Assembly (NCBI GenBank): GCA_900617105.1
Contig: UYFQ01000779.1
Coordinates: 62,001 to 126,000, forward strand
Length of the DNA: 64,000 bases
Reading direction: 5' to 3'
Source of the DNA: Hydrurus foetidus
Taxonomy: Eukaryota
In this document: piece after piece, positions 43,101 to 56,293 of the stretch
Layout of the letters: each line of letters opens with the position of its first letter
Position numbering within the stretch: position 1 is the first letter of the stretch
Position numbers and translations under genes: made by a program
Notes under the pieces: generated by a model
What the model saw: the letters and a program-made list of their open reading frames with translations, nothing else
Database searches by the model: none
What the model was told of the DNA's origin: nothing

Positions 43101-45646
43101 TAATGTGGGTGAAGAATGTAAACTAACTGTGCCTCTCCTGCCAATGGCAGAATGCTGGTGAGTATTGAAACAGGAACCAAAGTATTGCAAACAAAATGGG
43201 TGAATACAAGCAAGGGCGAAACAAAGTATAGTTTTAAGATTGATAAAACAATGACACCAAATGTTTATGTGAACATTAGTATGCTGCAGCCACACGCACA
43301 AACACTAAACGATTTACCTATTCGGATGTATGGTGTAATTCCTATCGAAGTGGAAGATAAAAATACCATCCCGAAGCCACTATTAAAATGAATGATGTTA
43401 TCAGGCCGGAAGAAAAACATCTATCACAGTATCTGAACAAAACGGCAAATCAATGACCTATTGCATTGCCATTGTGGATGAAGGTTTGCTTGACTTAACA
43501 CATTTTAAAACACCTAATCCTCACAGTGCATTTTATGCTAAAGAAGCATTGGCGTTAAAAGCTGGGATGTGTATGATTATGTAATTGGTGCTTGGGGAGG
43601 TCAGTTAGAAAGAATCTTAACTATTGGTGGAGATGCAGAAGGTGATGATGCTGCTAAACACGCAGAGCTAACAGATTTAAACCTGTAGTGCAATACTATG
43701 GACCATTTAGAACCAATGGTAGTAGCAAAACACACAATTTTACTTTTACCTAACTATATGGGTAGTGTTAGGGCTATGGTAATTGCTGCAAGCAACGGTG
43801 CTTATGGTGCTACAGAAAAAGTGTGAAGGTGAGAAAGCCCTTAATGCTGCTGGCAACAATGCCAAGAGTTTTAGGACCTGGTGAGGATTTAAAATACCAG
43901 TAACTGTTTTTGCAACAGAGAATAATATTAAGAATGTAAACATCAGCATTCAAAGCAATCCAATGATTGAAGTGCCTGCTGGTACTACCAATATTAAGTT
44001 TGCTGCGACAGGTGAGCAAGTAGTTTATATTAATGCCAAGGTTAAAATGCAACAGGTATTTGCAAAGTGAAAGTGGTGGCAAGCAGTGGCAACACATCTG
44101 CATATCACGAAATAGAAATAGATGTACGTAATCCAAACCCATATCACGCAGGTTTCAGAATACACACTGCAGGGCAAAGTATGAATGCTGCTGTAGCCAC
44201 TATTGGCGATGCCAGCAGCAGCAAAGCAACTGTTGAAATATCTTCTATTCCTGCTATCAATTTACAAAGCGTTTGTCTTATTTAATTCAGTATCCACACG
44301 GTTGTATAGAACAAACAACATCATCTGTATTTCCTCAACTGGCATTGAATAGTTTGATGGATTTGAATGATAAACAAAAGCAGATATTGATAAAAACATT
44401 AAGGCTGCTATTCAAAAATACAGAACTTTCAAACAAGTGATGGTGGCTTTAGTTACTGGCCGGGTAATATGGATGCAGATGAATGGGGCACTAACTATGC
44501 TGGCCATTTTTACTGGAAACCAGTGCTAAAGGATTCAATGTTTCATCGGCTATGATGGGCTCGTGGAAAGCATATCAACGTAATAAAGCTAATGCCTGGA
44601 GCATTTCTTCAGCACCTTGGTATGGCACAGATTTAACACAGGCATACAGGCTATATCTGCTGGCATTGGCAAAGCCCCGAACAAGGTGCTATGAACAGAT
44701 TGAGAGATCTAAGTTTATCACTGCCGAAGCTAAGTGGAGACTGGCTGCTGCTTATTACCTATGCGGACAAACACAAGTTGCTAACTCGTTGATTACTGGT
44801 TTGCCAACAACATTTACCCAGCGTCCTTATTGGGAATGAGTTATGGTAGCGATGTGAGAGATGATGCAATGGTGCTGGAAGCATTAACACTAATGAAACG
44901 TCGTGGAGAAGCAGAGCAACTGGTTAGGACTATTGCCAGCAAACTATCTCAGGAAACCTGGTATAGTACACAAACTACTGCCTATAGTTTAATAGCTATT
45001 GCAAAGTATTGTGGCGATAATGGCGGCAGAAAAATTACAGCCAATGGAACAGCAGGTGCAACCAATATTAATATCAGTTCTAACTCTAGTATAGCACAGC
45101 AAGTAGTTGGTTGGCAAAATGGTAAAGCTGTTGTAAAGCTTACCAATAAAGGCTCTAATGTGTTATATGTAAGACTCATTAATCGGGACAACCTATTGGA
45201 ATGAATCCTGTGGCATATAAAACAATCCTAATGTATTGCAACCAAGTGTTATTTATTTAAACACCAGTGGTGTGCCTATTGATGTTAGCAAGCTGAAACA
45301 AGGAACTGATTTTGTGGCAAAAGTTGTTATCACCAATCCGGGAGCAAGAGGTGCTTATTCACAAATGGCTTTATCACAAGTGTTTCCTAGCGGATGGGAG
45401 ATTTTGAACACCAGAATGTATAATAGTGAAGGAGCATTTCAATCGTCCAGAAGTGATTATATGGATATCAGAGACGACAGAGTGTATCAGTACTTTAGTA
45501 TCAACAGTAAAGAAACACTCACCTATTATGTGCAGTTAAATGCTGCATATTTAGGTAAATATTATTTGCCGGGTGTTTATTGCGAAGCAATGTATGATAA
45601 CACCATTAGTGCAGGTAGCACAGGCAAGGTGGTGGAAGTGGAATAA
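40127..45646 (+). CDS. Bacterial alpha-2-macroglobulin lipoprotein (MG2 domains)
   Basis: Lipobox FSSC; ERGVWRPGD; AIVDEG; thioester motif YPHGCIEQ (~44291-44314); DIRDDRV; EAMYD. Confidence 0.92.
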
Positions 45647-45670
45647 TGATAAGATTTGATTTCCTTTATT

Positions 45671-45708
45671 AATAGTTCATTCGTTTGTATTTAAACGGAT
45701 GAACTATT
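45671..45708. terminator. Bidirectional terminator
   Basis: AATAGTTCATTCGTTT-GTATTT-AAACGGATGAACTATT between convergent genes. Confidence 0.75.
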
Positions 45709-45718
45709 TTTAATCTAT

Positions 45719-46686
45719 TTAAACCAATGCATCCTTGTTGTATTTACTTCTATAGTCCAATGGCGACATTCCTGTAATTTTTCTAAATACTTCACGAAAA
45801 GCTTTTACATCATTGTAACCAACCTCATACATTACTTCATTAATATTTTACGAGTGCTTTCAAATGCTTTTTGCAGATTCTATTTTTACTCTTTGTGAAT
45901 ATTCAGCAGGTGTTGCCTGTGGCTTTAATAAATCTTCTATCAAAATTTCGCCTGCCAACTGCAAATTTTGAAGACAAATATTCAACAGATATTTTTCATC
46001 AATTTTACTTTCAATATATGCTTGTGCTTGTTGCACAACTTCATCTTCGTGCGATTTTTGCCCATTGAATATACTGAATGAGGATTGGCAGTTTCTATCC
46101 ATTTCTATTTGAAAAACTTTCGATAAAAAATGGCTGTTGGTCTGTCGTAATATTTTTCTATTAAATAAATAATGAGGTTTAAAAAGAATATGCACCACCA
46201 TTGGTATAAATGCCATTTTCATCAGTAATTAACTTATCGGTTTGCAAGTTTACTTTGGAAACATTGTTCTAAAAGTGTTGGTAGCTGTCCAGTGTGTTGA
46301 GCAGATTTTTCCATCCAATAAACCAGTAGAAGCCAATAAAATGCACCTGTACAAATACTTGCAATTTCTGCACCTTGTTTATATTGTTGTTCTATCCAAT
46401 CGATTAATACTCTATTTTCTTTTAAAGTAGTTTCATAATTGTGATTTAAAGAAGGAATAATAATAAGATTGGTTATAGCAATAGTTGAAATATTGGTATG
46501 TGTTTTACACTAAACAAAACCATCATAAAATTCCACTTTTGAAAGTCCGGCCAATTCTATTTTAAACAACTCTCTTTTACCATTTGCTTTTCTATATTCA
46601 TTTGCTTTTGTAAATATTTTATAAGCACCTACTATACTGCTTAAATTATTTTCGCCATTAGGCACAATGATAGTAAGATGTTTCAT
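45719..46686 (-). CDS. GlxA family regulator (DJ-1/PfpI domain plus AraC HTH)
   Basis: CTGAFLLASTGLLDGK.CSTHW, TNGGAYS, RRF.KATG, VGYND.KAFREVFRK.TG.SP. Confidence 0.9.
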
Positions 46687-46823
46687 TGAAATTATTTTGG
46701 CAAAGATATTAAAGTCACTTGTCCAAATCAACCTACCATAAAGTCTATTTTACACCTTGCTAGAGTTATTTTTAGACAATATGTTTGCATTCCAAAATTT
46801 ATTACAAATTAATAATTGGCAAT

Positions 46824-47171
46824 ATGGTAACGATGACTGTGATTTACAAAACACCAAAAGACATTGAAGCTTTTGAGAAACATTATTTTGAAGTACATAT
46901 TCCATTAGCCAAACAATTACCTGGTTTAATAAAGTATGAAATAAATGATGGACTAATAACTTCCACAACAGGGCATTCAGAAGTGCATCGCATAGCTAAT
47001 TTATACTTTGATTCGATGGAAGAAATGATGAGTGCTTTTCGTTCAGAAATAGGACAGCTATGTGCTGTTGATAGAAAAATTTTGGCAAGCAATGAAGAAG
47101 TTCAGATTTATTTATACGAAACAAAACACATAACGAACACACAAATACAATTCACTAAACAAATTTTATAA
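46824..47171 (+). CDS. EthD family reductase
   Basis: FEKHYFEVHIPLAKQLPGL, IANLYFDS. Confidence 0.85.
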   Translation: MVTMTVIYKTPKDIEAFEKHYFEVHIPLAKQLPGLIKYEINDGLITSTTGHSEVHRIANLYFDSMEEMMSAFRSEIGQLCAVDRKILASNEEVQIYLYETKHITNTQIQFTKQIL

Positions 47172-47189
47172 CACTAAAAAAATACAAAA

Positions 47190-47669
47190 ATGAACACTAC
47201 ACAAACAGCCGTTAAAATGGTTTTAGACAGATGGTATGGCTCCATCAAAAATTGTAACAGCATATTAGAATCGCTTACTGACGAGCAATTAGAAAAGAAA
47301 TAGCACCAAATAAAACAGAGGTATTTATTTACTTGGTCACTTGGTAGCTGTACACGATGATATGATAAGGCTATTAGATTTGGGAGATAAATTGTATCCA
47401 GAATTATTTGAACTATTTATTAAATCGCCAGATAAAGCAGTTGCTGAAATACCTTCTGTTGCTACATTACGAGGATTTTGGAATAAACAAAACGAAGTGC
47501 TAACAGAAAAATTCAATAGCTTATCTGTAGAAGATTAGTTCAAAAACACACTGTTGTTTCTGCTGAAGATTTTACAAATGAACCACATCGTAATAAATTA
47601 AATATTATTATCACAAGAACAAGTCATTTGCAATATCACACTGGGCAAATAGTATTACTAAAACCATAA
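47190..47669 (+). CDS. DinB family protein
   Basis: NRGIYLLGHLVAVHD, EPHRNKLN, HLQYH.GQ. Confidence 0.85.
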
Positions 47670-47670
47670 A

Positions 47671-48109
47671 ATGACAACATCAAATTTTACAACAACTATT
47701 ATAGTTGACAATTCTGCCAAAGAAGTTTTCGATGCTATCAATAATGTGAGTGGCTGGTGGCAAGGAGAAATTAAGGGCAGTACATACCAACTTAATGATG
47801 AGTTTGAGTATCGTATGAAGGATATTCATTTTCAAAACAAAAGTGGTTGAGCTTGTTCCAAACAAAAGTAGTTTGGCTTGTTACTGATAGTAACTTAAGT
47901 TTTACTGAAAGCAAAAGCGAATGGACGGGAACTAAAATTATTTTTGAAATTTCTGAACTCAATAATAAGACCCAATTGCATTTTACTCACTTAGGTTTAA
48001 TCCCAGAATTTGAATGTTATGGAGGTTGCTCAAATGGTTGAGTAAACTTATTCAAGAAAGCTTATTGAGCTTGATAACTACTGGTAAAGGCAAGGATGTT
48101 TTTAACTGA
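47671..48109 (+). CDS. SRPBCC (AHSA1-like) domain protein
   Basis: VFDAINNVSGWW, EWTGTKI.FEI, FTH.GL.PEFECY..CSNGW. Confidence 0.85.
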
Positions 48110-48147
48110 AAGACTTTAAAGATTTTTCAAGAGAAGATGCACAAATT

Positions 48148-48355
48148 TTATTGCATTTTCTCTTTTCCACCAGCGATAGCCTATAATGCCCATTATGGCA
48201 AGCGGGTAATCATTAAATAAACAATAGCAGCATTCAATCCAGATGCTGGACCTTCACCAAGTTGAGATGTTGTTTTGGTGCAAATGGAACATTGTGCCAA
48301 AACTTGTGCTGTAAAGCAAATATGCTAAGAATAAAAATTAGAATTCTTTTTTCAC
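48148..48355 (-). CDS. Small conserved membrane protein with a CxxC motif
   Basis: AQCSICTKTTSQLG...GLN.AI.YLM, then a TM helix and a basic tail. Confidence 0.7.
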
Positions 48356-48416
48356 AAATGCAAAATAACAGCCAATACTTGTTTGAAAATAATTAAATAT
48401 TTACTATTGTGGTAAT

Positions 48417-49343
48417 ATGAAAAACAGGTTACGCTTTTAATATTAATTGTATTTTCTTGTTATTGTTTGGGTCAAATACAAAACCTTCTTTAGGTAAAAT
48501 TGTAAGAATCGATAGCTTTCCATCAAACTATGTAACAGCACGAAACATAGATGTTTGGCGTCTGAAAATTATTCTACTTCAAAAAAATATGCAGTGTTGT
48601 ATATGCACGATGGACAAATGTTATTTGACTCAACCATTACCTGAACAAACAAGAGTGGATGGTAGATGAAACAGTTTCATCTTTAATAAAAATAAAATAA
48701 TTAAAGATGTAATAGTTGTGGGTATTTGGAATGGTGGTAAACAAGGCATATTGATTACTTTCCTCAAAACCTTTGAGAGTTTATCACAAGCTCAACAAGA
48801 TAGTTTATACAAAAAATAGACCAAATGGTGCAAGTGTCTTCAATGATGGAAAAGTGCAATCTGATAACTACTTAAAATTTTTGGTTAAAGAGTTAAAACC
48901 TTATATAGACAAGCATTTTGCAACAAGGAAAGATAAACAAAATACTTTTGTAGCAGGTAGCAGTATGGGAGGTTTAATTTCTATGTATGCTATTTGTGAA
49001 TATCCCAAAGTCTTGGTGGAGCAGCTTGTTTATCTACACATTGGCAGGAATATTTACCTTGGAAAACAAACCCAATTCCAAAGGCTTTTATAATTATTTA
49101 AATGAACATTTGCCAAGTCCAAAACACATAAAATCTATTTTGATTGTGGCACAAAAACTTTAGATGCAATGTATCCGCCATTGCAAGAACAAGTTGATAT
49201 TATAATGAACGGCAAAGGCTTCACATCAAAAATTGATGACTAAGAAATTTGAAGGAGAGGATCATTCTGAAAAGGCTTGGCAAAAAGATTGAATATTCCT
49301 TAGGTTTTTTATTAGGTGTAAGACAATCTCAAAATGTTTTATA
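48417..49343 (+). CDS. Secreted alpha/beta hydrolase (putative esterase)
   Basis: VLYMHDGQMLFD, GSSMGG nucleophile elbow, DHSEKAW. Confidence 0.88.
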
Positions 49344-49559
49344 AAACAACCATAAGCCTCTTACTAATTAAATTATTTTCATAGCATTATTTTCTGCTTT
49401 TCTATATACCTACATCCATTTTTAAAAACAACCTCACATACTAGAATAAATTCTATTTTTTAGATAGAATATTCAACAAATTAAACACAATGACAAGGGT
49501 GTTTTTAGTCAAACTATTGGTACGAATTTTTAATATTTCATCTTGTCTAATTGATGTTA

Positions 49560-49878
49560 AATAAACATTTTTTCAGAATAATTAAAATATGCAGAAGATA
49601 TTTTAACACTCAAAGACTCCTTAGAAGATTGCTTATTTTCTTCAAATGACTGAAGCCCTTTTCAACATAAAAACTAATATCTTTAATACTGTCTGAACTA
49701 CTAATAAACTGTCCTGTTATAACAAGCTGGTCTTTTTATTATTTACTTTGAATTAGCATATAGTCAACAAAAAATTGCTTGGGCAGTTTGTTTGTGGTGC
49801 TAATGGTTGAATTATTTGTGCCCGCACATTATGAAATAAACCCATCAACATCAATAATATTTTGAAATAATTTTTCAT
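49560..49878 (-). CDS. Hypothetical secreted protein (fragmentary)
   Basis: ATG at 49878 with a signal peptide (MKNYFKILLMLMGLFHNVRA-Q); 3' end uncertain. Confidence 0.4.
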
Positions 49879-49885
49879 ATATAAT

Positions 49886-49921
49886 AAAAGCGAAACGAAT
49901 GTTGAATTACGTTTCGCTTTT
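49886..49921 (-). terminator. Intrinsic terminator
   Basis: AAAAGCGAAACG...CGTTTCGCTTTT hairpin. Confidence 0.75.
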
Positions 49922-50092
49922 AAATTTTATTTTGCTAAAATTTTGAGTGTTGTCACCCTATTGTTATTAACACTTATAAAATAAACTTTACTTAAATTGG
50001 CTACATCAATATTATCAACACCTATACTCAATGTTTATACATTAAAAATAACTTGTAATTTGACAAATAGTGTGATTATATATTAGTGAACC

Positions 50093-50919
50093 TTATTTTG
50101 ATAAATATGAAACTGAGTGTGTAATTGTTTTAGTACAACCATTTTCAAACTTTACTGTAATAGATAAGGTAATTCTATACTCTTCTATACAAGGTTGGCG
50201 AGGATTAATTTTGCAGGTAGTTTTAGGTATAAGAAATAATCTGATGTTGAATTAAAACCAGTGCCATTAACAGATGTTGCAGTAATGCCTGTTGCATAAG
50301 TGCTGCCCATATCGCAACTGTAGCAATTGGCATAGCTGTAATACAAGATTGCCAAGCACCTGCAGTTTTTCCAGCACATAACTCTCTTCGTTGAATGCTA
50401 GTAACCGTAGTTGTGTAGTTAGTTACTTTGCCTGGTCCAGCACTAATGCCTCCGTGTATCCCCAACAACGTGTCTTTATTATTAGCTTTACTCACACCAT
50501 CTGGATGTGTACATTGTGGTGGTGTATTTAAATTAACCCAAGATGAGCCACAGTCTTTACCACAATCTGCCAGTACATCGCTTTTATGAGTTTCATACAC
50601 ACAATATTTCCCTTGCATCTTTAATAGTTACTGTAAATCAAAGGTTGATGATACTGTAGTTTCTTTATATACAAATTGAAGATCGGTTTGTGAATGTGTG
50701 TGTAAACGATTTTGTAGAAGCCCCATTAATGGTACCATTGGTTGTAGCAATTTCAATAGTAGTGCCTGTTTGAGATTCTACAGAAAGAGAAATAATAAAC
50801 TCTCTTGGGCTACTGTTACTGCAAACAGATGTAAAGTTTTTACTTTTAAACAACCGCAGTTTTGTGCTTGTGCATTTGTTGCCATAAAAATAAAGTAAAT
50901 GCAAGGATTAATTTTTCAT
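50093..50919 (-). CDS. Cys-rich secreted hypothetical protein
   Basis: Signal peptide ending ...AQAQNCGC; multiple Cys pairs; Thr/Ser-rich beta-type sequence across joined ORFs. Confidence 0.65.
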
Positions 50920-51061
50920 TGTAGTTAATTTAATTTTATGAATAATTTGATTACTGAGTGCAAATAGCAAAAATTAAAAGCCTGTTTAGTAATGTGTACC
51001 AAACAGGCTTTTATTGTAATGAAACCTCTGTTTTTTGTATAATCCTTTTTACAATTTTAAG

Positions 51062-51784
51062 CTAACTGCCAATTTTGTCAATCAGTGCTTGCTTTTTATC
51101 TTGTGCCAAATAGGCTTGTTCGTCATTATTCATAATAATTACAAACTCTTTTTTATCTACTTTTTATTTTGAAACATTGATAATAAAGCTGCGATGACTA
51201 CGAAAAAAGAATCTGTTTTTCCAAATATTCAAACTCAGCAATTTTTTGTAATGGTTAAAATGTTGTGACTTGTTGTATGAAACTTTGCATAATTGCCTTC
51301 TGCCTGTATAAAAATAATATCCTGCAATTTAACCACATAAATACTTTCAGCAGTTTGCAACACAATTTTTTATCGCTGTATTCGATAAATTTTCTTTTAA
51401 AGTATTATATGTTTCTTTAGGATTAAAATAGCTTTCAACTTTTTTTTATGGCTCTGCCAATACTTTCAATCCTTGCAGGTTTTAATATATAATCTACAGC
51501 ACTCATTTCAAATGCTTGCAAACTATAATCGCTATATGCAGTTACAAAACTATTTTAAAATCAATATATCCTCATCAAAATAGTCAAGCAAAGCAAAACC
51601 ATTTTGGTTGGGCATTTCAATATCTAAAAAATACCAACTGTGGTTTATGCTTATGAATTGCTTTAACAGCATCTGGCACATTACTACATTCTGTAAGAAT
51701 ATTTACTTGTGCATAATTTTCTTCCAAAATGCCTCTAATACTAGCTCTGGCGTTAGTTTCATCATCTACAATTATACAAGTCAT
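51062..51784 (-). CDS. LytR/AlgR family response regulator
   Basis: IIVDDE, FLDIEMP..NGF, VTAY, AEGNYAKF, FFRSHRSFIINV. Confidence 0.92.
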
Positions 51785-51792
51785 ATAAATAA

Positions 51793-54657
51793 TTATTTCA
51801 CCGGTAATAGCAATTTGATTAATGTGCCCTCAGATTTATCTTCAATCTCAAAGCTAATTTTTCTTTGTTCATTTCATTATAAATTTTAATCCTTTCTTCA
51901 ACACCTTTAATAGCAAACCTGTACTTTTAATTTTTGTTTTGATTAATTAATGCATTGCTTTCGCCCAACACCATTATCATCAATACTTACAAGCAAGTTA
52001 TTTACTTGCTGAATAAAATTAATATTCAAACTTTTGCTCCTTTTATGCATCAATCCGTGCTTAATAGCATTTTCTGCAAAGGGTTGAATAAACATTGATG
52101 GAATGTGAATATTAGTAATGTCAATACTTTCATCAACATTAATTGTAAAATCAAAATCTTTATCAAAACGTTTTTTCTAGTTCTAAATACAATTGTAAAT
52201 TTTCAATTTCGTCTTTCAAAATAATTTCTGTTTTATCGCTTTCTTGCAAAGTCATTCTCATTAAGTCGCTAAAGTTTCCGAGCATTTCGGCAGCTTCGTT
52301 TTTATTTGCGAAAACTAAGCCTTGCACCGTATTGAGTACATTGTATAAAAGTGAGGGTTCATTTGACTACGAATAGCAGTTAGCTTGCTTTGTAGCAGTC
52401 TTTCTTTAATTGTTTGTTGTTGTTTAAATCTATATGCCCACCATTTCAATAATAAATATCCAATACTCAATATACCGATTACTAAAATTAAAATAAACCA
52501 CCAAGTTTGCCAATACGGTTTTGTAATAGCAAACGAAAAGCTACTTGTAGCACTTCTAAAATCATATTTGCATCGGCTGCATATACTTCAAAAATGTAGT
52601 TGCCTGGCATTAAAGAATTATAATTTATTTTATTGTTAAAAGCATTATTAATTTGCCAACTACTATTAGTACCAATTAAACGATAGTGAAAAAAAGTTTT
52701 GAGGGTGATTTATAATGTATCGCGTCAAGGCTTATTCTTATTGAGTTTGAGCTATATGGCAAGATGCAATTTTGCTTCAATGCAATTCCATTATTTTCAT
52801 ATTGAGTTGTGTTATTTTTTATTCTCCAACACTTTGTTCTGCCTGTAAGTAGCTCATTACGCCTGTTGGTGTAGCTAATTTTATTATTATCAATTACAAA
52901 ATCGTAAACAGTTAAAGATTCTATACCTGTTGATGAAAAAAATCTTGCACTAAATCTGTTGAAACATCAATCATTTCAATGCTTTCATCTGTTAAAAGCC
53001 AAATTTTATCTTGGGTTATAATTGTTTTTGGCACAGTTGCTTTGCAAACCATTGGCTGTTGTAAAATGTTTTTTACTGTATTCTTTTCATCCATAACCAA
53101 TAAGCCATTAGTTGTAGTGCTTACAAAAGTTCGTTGTTTTTGTTTTGTACCAAATGCGTTGCTTGTATTGATTTGTTTTTATCATCTTTAATAATTTCGA
53201 CCTTTCCATTATAATTATAGTAGAATAAATCATCATCATAAGCCATCCAAAAACTAGTATTGTTATTGTTTGCCAAACAATATGTACTTTTTAATTCTAG
53301 TAATTCTTGCTTTTTAATGGTTTTACCAGCAATACCCATATTACATACAGCAAGTTTATTATATAATAAATTATCTTTAGGTAGGTTGATAGTATCAATT
53401 ATTTCAAAAGAATTTTTGCAATCATTCCTCTGTTAAACGTAGATACGATAAGGTTTCCATAAAAATCTTCACTAACTGTTTTGCCAAACTCATAGGGAGT
53501 AATTAACCTGCCTGTTTTATAATTAAACATTCTCCATCGCTATAAACACAATTGCTTTTTGCTGTAATATAAAAACTCAATTTCTTCATTAGATGCTGAT
53601 TGAAATTTTTAACCAATTTGTTATTGCGATCATTTCTACTACTTCGCCTTTTGTGTTGCCAATTAAAAATTATTATTAGGAAGTTTATAAATTTTAGTAG
53701 CATTATCATTATTATTGGTAAATGGCGATGCTATTTTATACAGTTTAAATTGGGGCATTTAAAACAAACCATTATCAAGAGTACTAAACCAATAATTTCC
53801 TTGAAAATCTTTTACAACATCACTCACTCTTTCGTTAATAAAAAATGGTTTTGTGTTACCTGTTTTATAATCCCATAAGTAAGCACCATTTTGTGTACAA
53901 ATCCAAAACTCATTATCACCGGTTACAGATAAATGATACACATAAGCATTTTCTGGAACATTATAATTTGGAAGATTTGTAATCTTATTGCCATTAAACA
54001 TTAAAGCAATTCTTTTCTTTTTCCTCTTTCTACAGCCAAACCTTTTCATTGTTTGTAGCAAATCTTATTTCAAAAAGCAGTTTCTGTTTTGCATATTGGT
54101 ATACTGTCCACATACTTAAACATTTGATTTTTTCTATCAAAAGTGCAATTGATTTTAAAAAATACTATGTTGCAAGCTAGCATTGCTTTTAATGCTTATT
54201 TCTGTTTTTGTTTTATTATGTGTTTGTTTATCAATTTCAATTACTGCTGTTAATGTTGTTACAAAATGCTGTTGGTAGCAATTGCTAAGTTTAATATGCT
54301 TGTTTGAGAATAGTAGTCGTTGCTTTTAACTTCAAATAGTTTTAAACTATCGTGTTCAACATAAAAATTTGTTTATAAAAATTAGCACACCAAATTTTTC
54401 CATCACTATCTTCTGTTACATATGCAACGCTTTTAATTGTGTAGATGTAAAAGGAAGTGTTTGAAAAGTTCTACTATTAAATTTAATCAAACCCTTATCT
54501 GTAGCCAACCACAAGTATCCTTACTATCACCAAGCATATCATAAATTACTGGAGTTGGTAGTGGGTCTGAGAATTAATTTTTGTGTAAAGGTATTGTGCC
54601 ATACACAATGAAGCTATAAAAAGCTGCATTAACATTAGTGTTTGGCGAAGTTTCATT
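51793..54657 (-). CDS. LytS-type sensor histidine kinase with periplasmic beta-propeller and Y_Y_Y domain
   Basis: LP..VIYDM...GYLWLATDKGL propeller repeats; TM helix; LTAIRSQMNPHF.YNVLN; PSMFIQPFAENAIKHGL; DDNGVG. Confidence 0.88.
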
Positions 54658-54665
54658 GTGCGTTT

Positions 54666-56110
54666 TTATATTTTTCCTTTCACCCAACTTACAATAAAAG
54701 TATTTACTGCATTTCCCGAAATGGAAAGCTGCATTTGTGAAAGCTGGTTGCATAACTGTATCATTTTTCGTTTCTTTCCTTTTTGTCTATAGTATTTACA
54801 ATTTCATTTATCAACTTTAAAAATAATTCTCTGGCTCGTGAAATAATAAAATTTGTTCTAAATATTTTTTGGCTTGTTTGTTTACATATTCAATAGTTTC
54901 AAAATTACCTTCGTCAAAATGTAACATTATCCAATACAAGCGTACACTAGCTTGTGTGCGAAGTTCTACTTGAGGAATAGGCTTATTTAGAATATCATTC
55001 CACCAATACATAGATTCATTATATTTTTAAAACATACAAACCAAGCCACAGCTTGCTTCTATATAGAGCTTAAAATCTTTTCTAAAAACTATTTTTCTTT
55101 CAATAAAAATTGCTTATATTCTTCAACAATTTTATATGCTTGTTCATATTGTTTTGATGTAGATAAACATTAACCCACACCAACAATAATTATGCATTCT
55201 TCTAATGTTTATTTCAATTGTGGGAGCGTTGAAAGAATAAATTTTTGCAGATAAAACTCAAATTCATCCCATCTATTTGCCTTTTCACAGCTAATTAAAA
55301 GTTGTAGTAGCTAGCCAATGGATCCATATTTAATAATGGCTGATGCGTAATTTGTTCTTCTCGTATTAGTACAGCTTTTTGCAACATTCATAGTTGCGTT
55401 GTTGGTCGTTAGTAAGATTATAGTATAAACTCCAAGTGCTGTAAAATCTAAATTTTGCATTGTATGAAACCGGTGGCTCTTGTTTCATATAATAAGCATT
55501 TACATAAATATCGGCACGTTGTTTTATCACTTGTTGTGGTAGCACACCAATTCTAATTCAAGCAAAGTTAGGTAGTGCCAAACATTTCCAATTTGCTGAT
55601 GTGTGTTTGAAATTTCAAATGCGAGCCTCTTCTTTATCCAATGACATATAAGATTCTATTGTAGGCTCTCCAATTCTAAAATTACCAAATAAATATTTTT
55701 CCAAAATAAGAATATCGCCAATTACATTATAAAATTCATATTGCCAGGCAAGCTCTTTGGTTTTAATAATTAGTTTTTCTGCTTCAATATCTAATCCTTT
55801 ACTAGCTAGGATTTTATTTGCAAAAACATATTTCTAATCTTCCACTCAATAAAATTTTCTTCGTTGTATTGCTGCATACAACTTAGTATCATATTAAATA
55901 AATAATTTTTAGCTACGCCAAATTGCCTTACAAATGTTTCCTTCTTAAATTTTATTAATAAAGCAACCTCATCATATACTTCTTGCTCATTAATAGCATC
56001 AAAAAGCTTTGCATAATTGGTGTTTTATGTTGTAATTTGTCGTTGTGCAAATAACTTAAAATATCTTTTTCAGATGGTGCTAGAGAGTGAATAAGGAAAA
56101 GAGAGTTCAT
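54666..56110 (-). CDS. Large helical/TPR-like hypothetical protein ('LIHSL.xSEKRYFK' family)
   Basis: MNSLF.LIHSLAPSEKRYFKLF...NYAKLFDAI..QEVYDE...KNYLFNMILSC; ends 8 nt before the kinase ATG. Confidence 0.75.
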
Positions 56111-56293
56111 ACAAAATCGTTAAAGTGCAGTAAATGTAGGTGTTTCAAGCAAATTAAACCCCTTGAAACCTAATTTTTGTAAAAGCAATAACAGATTATT
56201 GAAATAAAAAATGTCTTTTTGGTTTATCAATGAATCACAATTTAAAAGAAGTTTATGACTAATCAAAGAATGCAGCAAATCAAAATCAGCAAA

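Noticed and set aside
49340..49560. Possible gene or mobile-element scar in a very AT-rich gap
   Set aside because: No convincing ORF, terminal inverted repeats or target-site duplication could be identified.
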